Below, in pieces: positions 7,689-15,895 of a stretch of DNA of 43,579 nt. Every line of letters begins with the position of its first letter. Position 1 is the first letter of the stretch. The stretch comes from a virus (Duplodnaviria; Caudoviricetes). The stretch spans positions 1 through 43,579 of IMG/VR virus record IMGVR_UViG_3300044262_000014, one strand, 5' to 3'. The position numbers and the translations under genes were made by a program. Under the pieces are notes generated by a model. It was not told where the DNA came from and searched no databases. It was given only the letters and a program-made list of their open reading frames with translations.

Positions 7689-9371
7689 TTAGGCTGCGAC
7701 TTCGGCGAATGCTTCGCGGAGCCACATTTCTGCGGTGCTTGGCTGGACGCCGAAAGCATTGGCGATCACGGCAGCCATTCCCTCGCGCGTTGGGCGGAAG
7801 TTTGAAGAGGCTTGCACATTGACTGCCGTAATCGACGCTGAGGCTGGCTGCGCCGCTGGCTTTTCCTGCGCTTGCAAGGCCGCTTCTGCCTTAGCCTTGG
7901 CTTCGGCTTCTGCTGCTGCCCGCGCTGCAGCCTCTTCCTCAGCCTTGGCGCGCTCTTCCGCCCGGATGCGCTGCTCCTCGGCTGCCATCTTTTCCGCAGC
8001 TTCGCGATCGGCCTTGGCTTTGGCTTCGGCTTCCATGCGGGCGAGTTGGGCGGCCATCTTCTCGGCCTCGGCTTCCTTGTGCACCTGGATGCGATTTGCG
8101 ATAACCGCCTCAAATGCCATGCGATCCATGCCGATGATCTGCTGCAGGTCAGGGAATAATGCGCTATAACCTGCTGCACGCTCCTTGCACCATGCCAGCT
8201 TGGCGCGCACGTCCTGGGCAATGGCATCCGCCTGGCTCTTGCACTGCGCCAGCAACGTCTGGATGGCGTCGTGCATGCTGGTGTAGTTGCGCTTGCCTTT
8301 AATGGCCTCGGCGAAGTTCGGGCGATTAAGATTCAACAGGATTGGGCGCGTCTCGGCCTCCAGCGCCTGCACATGCGCAGCGAAAGCTACATCTGCCTCG
8401 GCTGTCATGGTGCGTTTTTTCGCCAAATCCTCGCGCTCAACATCCTTCTCCAGCTGCAGGGCGGTCTTGTTCAGATCCTCAGACCATGCGTCGATCATGC
8501 GCGATGCCTCGCCGATGGTGACCGTCTGCGCCAGCATGGCTTCCTTGGCGAGTTTCAGCTTCTTCGCTTGGTCGCGGAACAGCTTGGCCGATTCCTTGGC
8601 GTTGCTAAAGTCCTGATCTGTCTCCAGCTTGATGGCGCGCACCTCGGCCAGCTTCGCGGTGAGCGCGCGGCCAAACTCTTCCATGTTGCTGTCGGTGATT
8701 GCGCCCTGGGCATGCACAAACAGCGTGGGCAGTTCGATGGATACCTGCGCCTGCGGGCGCTCGGTGATGACTTTGGGCTGGTGCGTTTCGAGGTCGATAG
8801 CGAACTGCGTCCAGCCTTGCATTAAGCGCTGGCGCATGTCGTAGTTTCGCTCGACCCAGCAGTGGCGCTCTTCAATGAGGTCGCCCGCCTCATCCCACTT
8901 GCTCGCCATGAACAAGGTGCGCTCGCAGTCGGCGATCATGCCTTGCTGCTCGATCTGCGCCAGATACATATCCGGCGGCACGCCGGTTTCATAGTCGCCG
9001 AGGCTGTCGAAGAATGCGCGCAGTTCGTTGTTTAGCGTCTTGTGTTCAAAGTTGATCTTGTCGTCGCTGGTCAGGCCGTCAAACGAGGCGGACAGCTTGC
9101 CTTCGCTGCAGACGACCGGGTAGAGCGCGCGCCCGATGATCTTCTCGGCCAGCGGACGAGCCAGCGCCTCGAAGCGGTGGCCGTCGTCGAAGCGGCGCTG
9201 GAGGGCCTCGTCCACTTCTGGCGCGATGCCGGTTTTCAGTTCGTCCAGCAGCTGCGTGCGCGTCTTGTGCGGGCTGATGCCCAGCATGGCAGGCGCATCG
9301 CTGGCGTTAAAGTGCGTGGCACGGTGCTGGTGCCATTCAGGTGTTCCTGGAATAAGATCGAGCTGTTTCAT
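7689..9371 (-). CDS. YqaJ-like (lambda Exo family) exonuclease with long coiled-coil C-terminus
   Basis: GTPEWHQHR, ASDAPAMLG, GHRFE, SASFDG and FEHK motifs; adjacent to RecT. Confidence 0.9.
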   Translation of the reverse strand: MKQLDLIPGTPEWHQHRATHFNASDAPAMLGISPHKTRTQLLDELKTGIAPEVDEALQRRFDDGHRFEALARPLAEKIIGRALYPVVCSEGKLSASFDGLTSDDKINFEHKTLNNELRAFFDSLGDYETGVPPDMYLAQIEQQGMIADCERTLFMASKWDEAGDLIEERHCWVERNYDMRQRLMQGWTQFAIDLETHQPKVITERPQAQVSIELPTLFVHAQGAITDSNMEEFGRALTAKLAEVRAIKLETDQDFSNAKESAKLFRDQAKKLKLAKEAMLAQTVTIGEASRMIDAWSEDLNKTALQLEKDVEREDLAKKRTMTAEADVAFAAHVQALEAETRPILLNLNRPNFAEAIKGKRNYTSMHDAIQTLLAQCKSQADAIAQDVRAKLAWCKERAAGYSALFPDLQQIIGMDRMAFEAVIANRIQVHKEAEAEKMAAQLARMEAEAKAKADREAAEKMAAEEQRIRAEERAKAEEEAAARAAAEAEAKAKAEAALQAQEKPAAQPASASITAVNVQASSNFRPTREGMAAVIANAFGVQPSTAEMWLREAFAEVAA

Positions 9372-9372
9372 G

Positions 9373-10305
9373 TTAATTTCCCTCCTGTGCCCACGCATCG
9401 ACTTGGAATTCTTGCTCCTGTGTCAGCGTGAATTTTGTTTTCATTGCGCCCAGTGCGGCGGCTGGCTTTTTCTTGCCTGACCGGACTATTGGCTCCCATT
9501 CTTTGGTCAGTTCAGCAAACTGTTCCGGCGTGCAGGCTGGCAGTTCCTTTTTCCCGGCATCGTCTGGCAGTTTCTCGCCCGTTTCCAATATGATCCCGTT
9601 CTCGATTGTCACGCCGCGCCCTTCTTCTGCGGCATGGCTGGCCGTTATGGCGTTCGACAGCTCAATGCTCGACGGCATGTATTTCAGCACCTGCAGCAGC
9701 GCGATTTTGCGGGCGTACATTTCCAAGTTGTTTTCGTCCTTCAGGGCGTAGTGCCGGTCGCCGACCTTGTTGTACTTCTTGAGGTGCTTCAGCACCTTCG
9801 CGCGGCTCCATACCTCAATCACCGGCATCGCTGCATCGCGCACGCGGCCAATGGCATAGACGTAGGCGAACGGCGCATCGTCGTCCTCGTCGCCCGGCTT
9901 GTGTTTGCAGAAAGGCGTATCGCCAAGCTGGTACTCGAACTCGTCACCCATGCGCACGGCACCGGTCCAGACGGTTGCGCGACCGCTGCGGGCTACCAGA
10001 TCGACAAGCCCCTTCCAGCCCGGTACGAATGTGCAGGTGTCCTTGTAAGGGATCAGGTAGCCCTGCCCGTTAATTCCCGGCTCTAAGCCGAGCTGCGCGG
10101 CGGTCATAATCGCGCCAGCAATGCTCTTCGGGTCGCACTGCTGCAGTGCTGGGGTTGTGCTGAATTGGGTAAGCGCCAAGCGCGTCATGCGGTCTGCGTT
10201 CATGTGCGACGGCAGGGCGCGCGCGAGCTGCGGCTTGAGCCGATCCATGAAGCTGCTGAATTGAGCGACCGGGCTTTGATCTTTCGGTTGTACTTGTGTG
10301 CTCAT
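9373..10305 (-). CDS. recT: RecT family single-strand annealing recombinase
   Basis: AAQLGLEPG..GQGYLIPY..GWKGLVDLVARSG and MYARKIAL motifs. Confidence 0.9.
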   Translation of the reverse strand: MSTQVQPKDQSPVAQFSSFMDRLKPQLARALPSHMNADRMTRLALTQFSTTPALQQCDPKSIAGAIMTAAQLGLEPGINGQGYLIPYKDTCTFVPGWKGLVDLVARSGRATVWTGAVRMGDEFEYQLGDTPFCKHKPGDEDDDAPFAYVYAIGRVRDAAMPVIEVWSRAKVLKHLKKYNKVGDRHYALKDENNLEMYARKIALLQVLKYMPSSIELSNAITASHAAEEGRGVTIENGIILETGEKLPDDAGKKELPACTPEQFAELTKEWEPIVRSGKKKPAAALGAMKTKFTLTQEQEFQVDAWAQEGN

Positions 10306-10314
10306 GGCCGCCCC

Positions 10315-10557
10315 TTACTCAGTGATTGAAGCAATGCCGGCGATCAGGCGACGCAGCTGGCCAACGCTGACGGTGATCTGCACCGGCACGTAGCCCTCAA
10401 GGTCGCCCATTGCGGCGAGGTCGTACTGCTGGGCGAATGGCAGGGCTGCATCAAGCAACTCTTCCGCGTCTATTGCCTGCTTCGTGGTAGCCAGGGCGGC
10501 GCTTACGTCCTCCCGCATGCCACGCAGCTCCGTGATGATTGTGTTCAGTTGATCCAT
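10315..10557 (-). CDS. Hypothetical protein, first gene of the PL-like operon
   Basis: RBS AAGGAGA, ATG at 10557, just downstream of a promoter. Confidence 0.7.
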   Translation of the reverse strand: MDQLNTIITELRGMREDVSAALATTKQAIDAEELLDAALPFAQQYDLAAMGDLEGYVPVQITVSVGQLRRLIAGIASITE

Positions 10558-10603
10558 GTTTCTCTCCTTGTAGTTTGCGGCGCTTGCATCTGCCGTATGC
10601 AGG

Positions 10604-10631
10604 ATTATATACAAATCTAAACGCCTTGCAA
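10604..10631 (-). promoter_or_regulatory. PL-like sigma70 promoter
   Basis: Minus strand TTGCAA-N16-TATAAT. Confidence 0.65.
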
Positions 10632-10664
10632 CCACTATTTGCACATTTCTAAACATTCAGGACG

Positions 10665-10689
10665 AAAAAAAGCCGCCAGAAGGCGGCTT
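10665..10689 (-). terminator. Intrinsic terminator of the cI operon
   Basis: AAGCCGCC-TTCT-GGCGGCTT followed by a T-run on the minus strand. Confidence 0.8.
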
Positions 10690-10707
10690 GTCTTGGGCGG
10701 CTTGGCG

Positions 10708-10863
10708 TCACCGCATGATTGCGTGGGCTATCAATTCAGCGATTTGCAGGGCAAAGGTCAATATCGCGATAAAAGCCACAGGCTTGTTGATTGGGCAGTA
10801 CGGCGGGCAGACTTCGCCGGCTTGAATCATCTGCCGCGCCCGTTGGCGCACCAGGTCGTACAT
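10708..10863 (-). CDS. 51 aa membrane-type protein co-transcribed with cI (not in ORF track)
   Basis: RBS AAGGAG; MYDLVRQRARQMIQAGEVCPPYCPINKPVAFIAILTFALQIAELIAHAIMR; lies between cI and the terminator. Confidence 0.6.
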   Translation of the reverse strand: MYDLVRQRARQMIQAGEVCPPYCPINKPVAFIAILTFALQIAELIAHAIMR

Positions 10864-10872
10864 CGCTTCTCC

Positions 10873-11274
10873 TTAGGCAATTTTGATGATCCGCTGGGCA
10901 AACTCAACCGACTTGCCCGGCGGCGCGTACTCATAGACAAGCGCAACAATTTCCGCGAACTTCGCCGGATCGATGTTCTTGCCGGCGTCCTGTAGTGCTG
11001 CGCCGACCGCCTGAATGGCTTGCGTGACTTGATTCTGGTCAACGCCATCCGTGACGCGGTGCGGCGCATCCATCCAGCCAGCGGGCAGGTCTAAGTCCTT
11101 CTCGACCTTCCGCGCCATCTTTTCGGTGATCGGGCGGTTCGGGTTCCGGCCGGCCATTTGCGCAAGCGTCGAGGCGTTGGTGTAGCCCAGCTTACGCGCG
11201 AGGTTGCCAGTCCCTTCCCACTGCTCGATCAGCGCCCGCAGGTTCGCGAGGCGAATTTTGAGCACGTCTGCCAT
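10873..11274 (-). CDS. CI-like repressor (HTH, no obvious S24 peptidase domain)
   Basis: RLANLRALI...LARKLG..ITEKMARKVEKDLDLPAGWMD pattern; divergent from the cro-like gene. Confidence 0.8.
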   Translation of the reverse strand: MADVLKIRLANLRALIEQWEGTGNLARKLGYTNASTLAQMAGRNPNRPITEKMARKVEKDLDLPAGWMDAPHRVTDGVDQNQVTQAIQAVGAALQDAGKNIDPAKFAEIVALVYEYAPPGKSVEFAQRIIKIA

Positions 11275-11352
11275 TACACGAAACCTATGTCAACAGGTTG
11301 TCAATTTGCCCGGCATCCATTCTAAACGAAAACGCAAACGCAAAGGAGGCGC

Positions 11353-11380
11353 TTGCATAATTTGCAATTGTGCTTATAAT
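11353..11380 (+). promoter_or_regulatory. PR-like sigma70 promoter
   Basis: TTGCAT-N16-TATAAT upstream of the cro-like gene. Confidence 0.65.
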
Positions 11381-11408
11381 AGCGCAAAACTATAAACGAG
11401 GTTACGAT

Positions 11409-11693
11409 ATGGCAAATTTGAAGGCATGGATGAAGGCAGCGACCCGCGAAGAGCAGGAGCAGCTTGCAAAGGCCACGGAATCGCACCGGCTGTCGCTGCA
11501 CCAGCGCCAGGCAGAGGGTAAGAAATACTTCCGCCCGATCAAGGCTGAGTTTGCCGCGAAGCTGGAAGTCGCGGCTGGCGTGATGAACAAAACATCGGAT
11601 GGCCGGCTGCCGTTGATGCCGCGCGAGGACAACGCAGAGGTTTGCCGCGACTGCCCGTATGCGCGCCGGTTCAGAGAGGCCAAGGCCGGTTAA
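11409..11693 (+). CDS. Cro-like regulator
   Basis: Position opposite cI; LKAWMK..EQEQLAK helix pattern; RBS GAGGT. Confidence 0.6.
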   Translation: MANLKAWMKAATREEQEQLAKATESHRLSLHQRQAEGKKYFRPIKAEFAAKLEVAAGVMNKTSDGRLPLMPREDNAEVCRDCPYARRFREAKAG

Positions 11694-11703
11694 CAGTTTT
11701 TTA

Positions 11704-11791
11704 AGCCCAGCACGCCTTTGCAAGGGCGGATGACTTTCTCCGTGGGTTGTCATGCTGGGTTCCTACAACGACACGGAGAGACACGGAGAAA
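11704..11791 (+). promoter_or_regulatory. Structured leader with a tandem 10-bp repeat and an anti-SD segment
   Basis: Stem 11704-11712/11753-11761 encloses two hairpins. TTTCTCCGTG (11735-11744) is complementary to CACGGAGAAA (11782-11791). GACACGGAGA occurs twice at 11770-11789. Confidence 0.5.
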
Positions 11792-11797
11792 AAATAA

Positions 11798-11839
11798 ATG
11801 GGCACTCACAACCCGACTCCAGAAAGCTGGTGGACATGA
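11798..11839 (+). CDS. 13 aa leader ORF (MGTHNPTPESWWT) coupled to the replication initiator
   Basis: GGAG RBS; its TGA overlaps the ATGATG start of the next gene. Confidence 0.4.
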   Translation: MGTHNPTPESWWT

Positions 11840-12684
11840 TGCCAAACCGCCTGCTTAAAGAGGGAATCGTTGACTCTGAGAAGATCAACGCACTATCACC
11901 ACAAGCCGAGGTGTTCTTTTACCGACTACTGGTTGTCTCTGACGACTTTGGAAGGATGGACGCGCGGCCTGCAATTCTCCGCGCCCGATGCTTCCCACTC
12001 AAGGAAGTGACCGGCGACCAGATATCCGCTTGGCTTCACGAACTCGAAACAGCAACAGGCAGAGACGATTTCGGTCTTGTCATTTGCTACGAGAGCGGCG
12101 GGCAGCCGTACCTGCAAATCCTCAATTGGGATCAGCGCCAGCGCTCGCATGCAAAGTACCCGGAGCCGCCAAAAACCAACATGTCAGCGACCTGCGCGCA
12201 ACCCGCTGACATATGCCCGCCATCCGCCGCAGATGGCGGCGTGGGTTTGGGTTTGGGTTTGGGTTTGGGTTTGGGATCGGGATCGGGTAAGGGATTGGGT
12301 AAGGGATTGGGAGAAACAGGGCGCGACAAGCGCGCCAGCTTCGACCCGGCTGCACTTGATTTACCTGACGGACTTTCTGGCCCCAGGTGGGCGGAATGGA
12401 TTGAATACCGTCGCAAGCGCAAGTTGACCGTCACCGAAATCACTATGCGCAAGCAGCTGGTCATGCTGTCCAAGTGGATTGCCCGAGGCCATGACGTTAA
12501 CGCCGTCATTGAGGCGAGCATCACAAACGGCTGGCAAGGCCTGTTTGAGCCGAAAAACAATAGCGCGCAATCGTCGCGTGCCGGGAAGTTCGACCCTGTT
12601 CGCTACGTCAACGACAAGCAGTACGCGGCAGAGTGGGATGCGCAGAAAGGGGGCGGGCATGGGCGCGTTATCGACATCAGCTAA
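11836..12684 (+). CDS. Phage replication initiator (replisome organizer type)
   Basis: MPNRLLKEGI..SEKINALS..F.RLLVVSDDFGR N-domain, low-complexity linker, C-domain ASITNGWQGLF. Confidence 0.85.
   Translation: MMPNRLLKEGIVDSEKINALSPQAEVFFYRLLVVSDDFGRMDARPAILRARCFPLKEVTGDQISAWLHELETATGRDDFGLVICYESGGQPYLQILNWDQRQRSHAKYPEPPKTNMSATCAQPADICPPSAADGGVGLGLGLGLGLGSGSGKGLGKGLGETGRDKRASFDPAALDLPDGLSGPRWAEWIEYRRKRKLTVTEITMRKQLVMLSKWIARGHDVNAVIEASITNGWQGLFEPKNNSAQSSRAGKFDPVRYVNDKQYAAEWDAQKGGGHGRVIDIS
12244..12315 (+). repeat. Tandem hexamer array GG(T/A)NNG inside the initiator gene, near the candidate ori
   Basis: (GGTTTG)x5, (GGATCG)x2, then GGTAAG/GGATTG alternating; encodes GLGLGL..GSGKG. Confidence 0.7.
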
Positions 12685-13348
12685 CACATGGCTGGAGCCG
12701 CGCCGGATTCCTGGCTACAGCAAAGAGCTGTCGCTAATGGATCACCTCTTCAACCGCCTCGACGGCTACTACCCGAACCGCTGGCGCGCAGCCTTTGCAG
12801 ATGACAATGCAATCCAGAACTGGCGCGAGGCATGGGCAGATGCATTTGCCGAGGAAGGGCTGACACCGGACGAAATCAGGGTTGGAATCGCACAGTGCCG
12901 CCGAATGTTCGATTGGCCGCCTAGCTTTCCCGAGTTCATCAAGGCGTGCCGGCCGGCGATGGACTACGAGCGCGCCTTCATCGAGGCCGTCGAGCAGCAG
13001 CGCCTGCGGCAGACTGGGAAGGACAAATGGAGCAGCCCGGCGATCTATTGGGCATCCACCACGCTGGGAAACGATATCCAGAGCCACATGTACAGCGCCA
13101 TCAGCAAACGCTGGGCCGCCGCCGTTGATATGGCGCGAGAGAAGATCAAGCGCGGCGATTTGCCGAACGAAGTGCCGCAGCGGATGGATGCACTGCCAGC
13201 TCCGGGCAAGACAACGATCAGCAAGGAACAGGCGGACGTAAACATCGCGCGCATGAAGGCGATGCTCGAGAAGCCAGGAAAGCCGTTCTTCGCTGTTGCC
13301 GTGGAGGATGTGATCGCGGCTCAAGAGGCCAGGGATGGCGATGCATGA
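12659..13348 (+). CDS. Replication protein P-like / helicase loader
   Basis: Follows the initiator; W..AF..EGLT..I..G..CR..DWPPSFPEFIKACRP pattern. Confidence 0.65.
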   Translation: MGALSTSANTWLEPRRIPGYSKELSLMDHLFNRLDGYYPNRWRAAFADDNAIQNWREAWADAFAEEGLTPDEIRVGIAQCRRMFDWPPSFPEFIKACRPAMDYERAFIEAVEQQRLRQTGKDKWSSPAIYWASTTLGNDIQSHMYSAISKRWAAAVDMAREKIKRGDLPNEVPQRMDALPAPGKTTISKEQADVNIARMKAMLEKPGKPFFAVAVEDVIAAQEARDGDA

Positions 13349-13560
13349 CCTGCGCCCTATGCGAATCCGACTCCGGCCTGTACGAAATGAACCGGACATG
13401 CTGCAAAGTCAGGTTCCTGATGAATGAGCCGCGGCTGGATGTTAGACGCGCATGGCTGGATCGATGGAGCAAGAGGTATGGGAGTAAAGAAGTCGCTGCG
13501 GTCAAGGAAGAATTTGCGCGGCAGTGGGAACAAAAACAAAAACAGAAAGGCGGTGAGTAA
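13345..13560 (+). CDS. Hypothetical protein
   Basis: 71 aa Cys-containing ORF coupled on both sides. Confidence 0.65.
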   Translation: MTCALCESDSGLYEMNRTCCKVRFLMNEPRLDVRRAWLDRWSKRYGSKEVAAVKEEFARQWEQKQKQKGGE

Positions 13561-13781
13561 TGGCAACACAAACGGAAAGACTAATTGAGTACCTGCGGCA
13601 GCACGGCAGCATTGACCCAATGACTGCGTGGGCGGAGCTGGGCATATACCGGCTAGGCGCTCGCATTTGGGACTTGAAGGTGGCGGGCCACAAGATCGTC
13701 AGCGGCACGAAGAAGGTCAAGAACCGCTACGACGAAGAGTGCCGGGTGGCGCTGTACACGCTGGAAGGCGGTGCGGCATGA
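13560..13781 (+). CDS. Winged helix-turn-helix protein
   Basis: TQTERLIEYL..GSIDPMTAW.ELGIYRLGARIWDLK pattern. Confidence 0.8.
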   Translation: MATQTERLIEYLRQHGSIDPMTAWAELGIYRLGARIWDLKVAGHKIVSGTKKVKNRYDEECRVALYTLEGGAA

Positions 13782-14296
13782 GCGAGGTGATTACTGGTAA
13801 GCGGGTGATCGATCCCTGCTGCGGAAGCCGAATGATGTGGTTTAACCGCCAGCACCCTGACGTTGTTTTCGGAGATCAGCGCTCCGAGACGCTGACGGTA
13901 ACGGACAACTCGCGCGGCAATGCCTCTGGACTGCGCACCATCCGCATTGAGCCGGACACGACGCTGGACTTTCGGGCACTGCCGTACCCGGATGGATCTT
14001 TCAAGCTGGTGGCGTTCGACCCCCCGCATTTGGTGCAGGCTGGGCCGCGCTCCTGGCTGGCGGCGAAGTACGGGAAGCTCTCTGAGAACTGGCGCGACGA
14101 TCTACACCAAGGATTCTCGGAATGCTTCCGCGTGCTGGACAGCGATGGCGTTTTGGTTTTCAAGTGGAACGAGACACAAGTGAAGCTTTCGGAAGTGCTG
14201 GCGCTGACGCCGCACGCGCCGCTGTTCGGCAACACAAGTGGCAAGAAGGCGGGCACGCACTGGCTGGTGTTCATGAAGCCAAGGGAGGCGGCATGA
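13778..14296 (+). CDS. SAM-dependent DNA methyltransferase (amino-MTase)
   Basis: Motif I IDPCCGSRMMWF and motif IV FDPPH; FKWNE. Confidence 0.88.
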   Translation: MSEVITGKRVIDPCCGSRMMWFNRQHPDVVFGDQRSETLTVTDNSRGNASGLRTIRIEPDTTLDFRALPYPDGSFKLVAFDPPHLVQAGPRSWLAAKYGKLSENWRDDLHQGFSECFRVLDSDGVLVFKWNETQVKLSEVLALTPHAPLFGNTSGKKAGTHWLVFMKPREAA

Positions 14297-14706
14297 TTAC
14301 CATCATCATCCCTGGCGCGCCACACGGCAAAGGAAGACCACGCTTCCGCCGCACCAAGCATTTCGTCCAGACGTACACGGATGACAAGACCGCCAGCTAC
14401 GAGAACCTCGTGAAGCTGGCCGCCGCGCAGGCAATGGGTGAGCGTCTGCCCCTTGATGGCGCTGTGGCCATCGAGCTGTACCTGTTCGTCACGCCGCCAG
14501 CATCGTGGAGCAACAAAAAGCAGCTCGCTGCCATGTCGGGCGAGATCAGGCCGATCAGCAAGCCGGACGTCGATAACGTGCTGAAAGGCATTGCCGATGC
14601 CTGCAACGGCGTTGTGTGGCTGGACGACAAGCAGATTGTCGAGTGCCTAGTGCGGAAGAGCTACGGCGCGAAGGCTGAGGCGGTGATGAAAGTGAGGGCG
14701 GCATGA
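14293..14706 (+). CDS. rusA: RusA family Holliday junction resolvase
   Basis: GKGRPRF and KPDVDNVLKGIADACNGVVWLDDKQIV motifs. Confidence 0.92.
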   Translation: MITIIIPGAPHGKGRPRFRRTKHFVQTYTDDKTASYENLVKLAAAQAMGERLPLDGAVAIELYLFVTPPASWSNKKQLAAMSGEIRPISKPDVDNVLKGIADACNGVVWLDDKQIVECLVRKSYGAKAEAVMKVRAA

Positions 14707-15383
14707 GCGCGCGCAAAGAAATGGTCGGAAGCGCCACGCTCCTGAACATCGACTGCATTGAGTACATGCGCAGCCTCCCGGATGGTGCGTTTGATTTGGC
14801 TATTGTTGATCCGCCTTATGGACTCGGTACCAAACTAACTAGAGGAGGCGGACAGCATCTTAAATTCAAAAATCATAAAGAGATTGAGAATTGGGATGTT
14901 GCGCCATCTTTAGAGTATTTTGACGAGTTACGCAGAGTCAGCAAAAACCAAATTATATGGGGCGGGAATTATTTTGATTTGCCGCCGTGCCGTGGCTTCA
15001 TTATTTGGGATAAGCAGCAGTCGGTGCCAAACTTTTCAGCGTGCGAATTTGCATGGAATTCTATTGATGGTGTGTCGAAAATTTTCCGGTACCGGCAGGC
15101 TGGATGTTTTGGTGAAACAAAGATTCATCCAACGCAGAAGCCTGTTGATTTATACGAGTGGCTGTTGTCCAACTATTCGAAGGCCGGGCATCGCATTCTC
15201 GACACTCATGGCGGAAGCATGAGCAGCGTCATTGCCGCGCTGAAACTTGGTATCGAGATCGTCTGCTGCGAACTGGATGAAACGTACTTCGATGCGGCTG
15301 TTGCAAGGGTTCGGGAATCGCAGTGGCAGGTTGATATGTTCGCAGAGATGGTGCGGCAGCCTGAACAGGTGGCAATAATATGA
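14703..15383 (+). CDS. DNA N6/N4 methyltransferase (beta class)
   Basis: IVDPPYG, IWGGNYF, HPTQKP and LDTHGGS motifs; central part visibly AT-richer. Confidence 0.92.
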   Translation: MSARKEMVGSATLLNIDCIEYMRSLPDGAFDLAIVDPPYGLGTKLTRGGGQHLKFKNHKEIENWDVAPSLEYFDELRRVSKNQIIWGGNYFDLPPCRGFIIWDKQQSVPNFSACEFAWNSIDGVSKIFRYRQAGCFGETKIHPTQKPVDLYEWLLSNYSKAGHRILDTHGGSMSSVIAALKLGIEIVCCELDETYFDAAVARVRESQWQVDMFAEMVRQPEQVAII

Positions 15384-15559
15384 GCAAAAGCACAATCACC
15401 TCGACAGAATACTGCATTCAAGGCCAGCACTTCGTGCCAAAAGAAAAAATCACCATGTACTACACCGGCAAGGTCAAGCGCCGCATGTGCGTGGATTGCA
15501 AGCACGCCCAGATCGACCGCCAAAGGGAAGCAAAGGAAAGGGCGCGGAATGGTGCTTGA
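15380..15559 (+). CDS. Hypothetical 59 aa protein (not in ORF track)
   Basis: ATGA-coupled; MSKSTITSTEYCIQGQHF...CVDC. Confidence 0.55.
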   Translation: MSKSTITSTEYCIQGQHFVPKEKITMYYTGKVKRRMCVDCKHAQIDRQREAKERARNGA

Positions 15560-15719
15560 GGCGTGGATGTACGCGAACCCCGAGGAAATCGGCGACAGAA
15601 TACGCAAGAAGTCAGAGGCCGATCAAAAGCGGGAAAAACAGCAGCAGGAGCAGCACAGAAAGCATAAGTCCCGGCGCATCCGGGCATTGGTCAAGCAGGC
15701 AATGAAAGGGAGGCGATGA
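15549..15719 (+). CDS. Hypothetical 56 aa charged protein (not in ORF track)
   Basis: MVLEAWMYANPEE...; overlaps both neighbours in operon fashion. Confidence 0.5.
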   Translation: MVLEAWMYANPEEIGDRIRKKSEADQKREKQQQEQHRKHKSRRIRALVKQAMKGRR

Positions 15720-15895
15720 TGTGTTGGATAGCGTTTATTGGCGGGGTATGGGTTGGGTGCATGGCTGGCGTGATGATTGTAGCGCTGGCCACGGCTGCAA
15801 AACGAGCTGATGAAGAGGCAGAGCGGGCCGAAATCATCAGCTTTGGAAGCTGCGCCAAGCGGGATCTGCAAGGCGAAGAGGAAACGCGAGTATGA
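15716..15895 (+). CDS. Hypothetical 59 aa single-TM protein (not in ORF track)
   Basis: MMCWIAFIGGVWVGCMAGVMIVALATAAKRADE; RBS GGAGG; ATGA-coupled. Confidence 0.6.
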   Translation: MMCWIAFIGGVWVGCMAGVMIVALATAAKRADEEAERAEIISFGSCAKRDLQGEEETRV

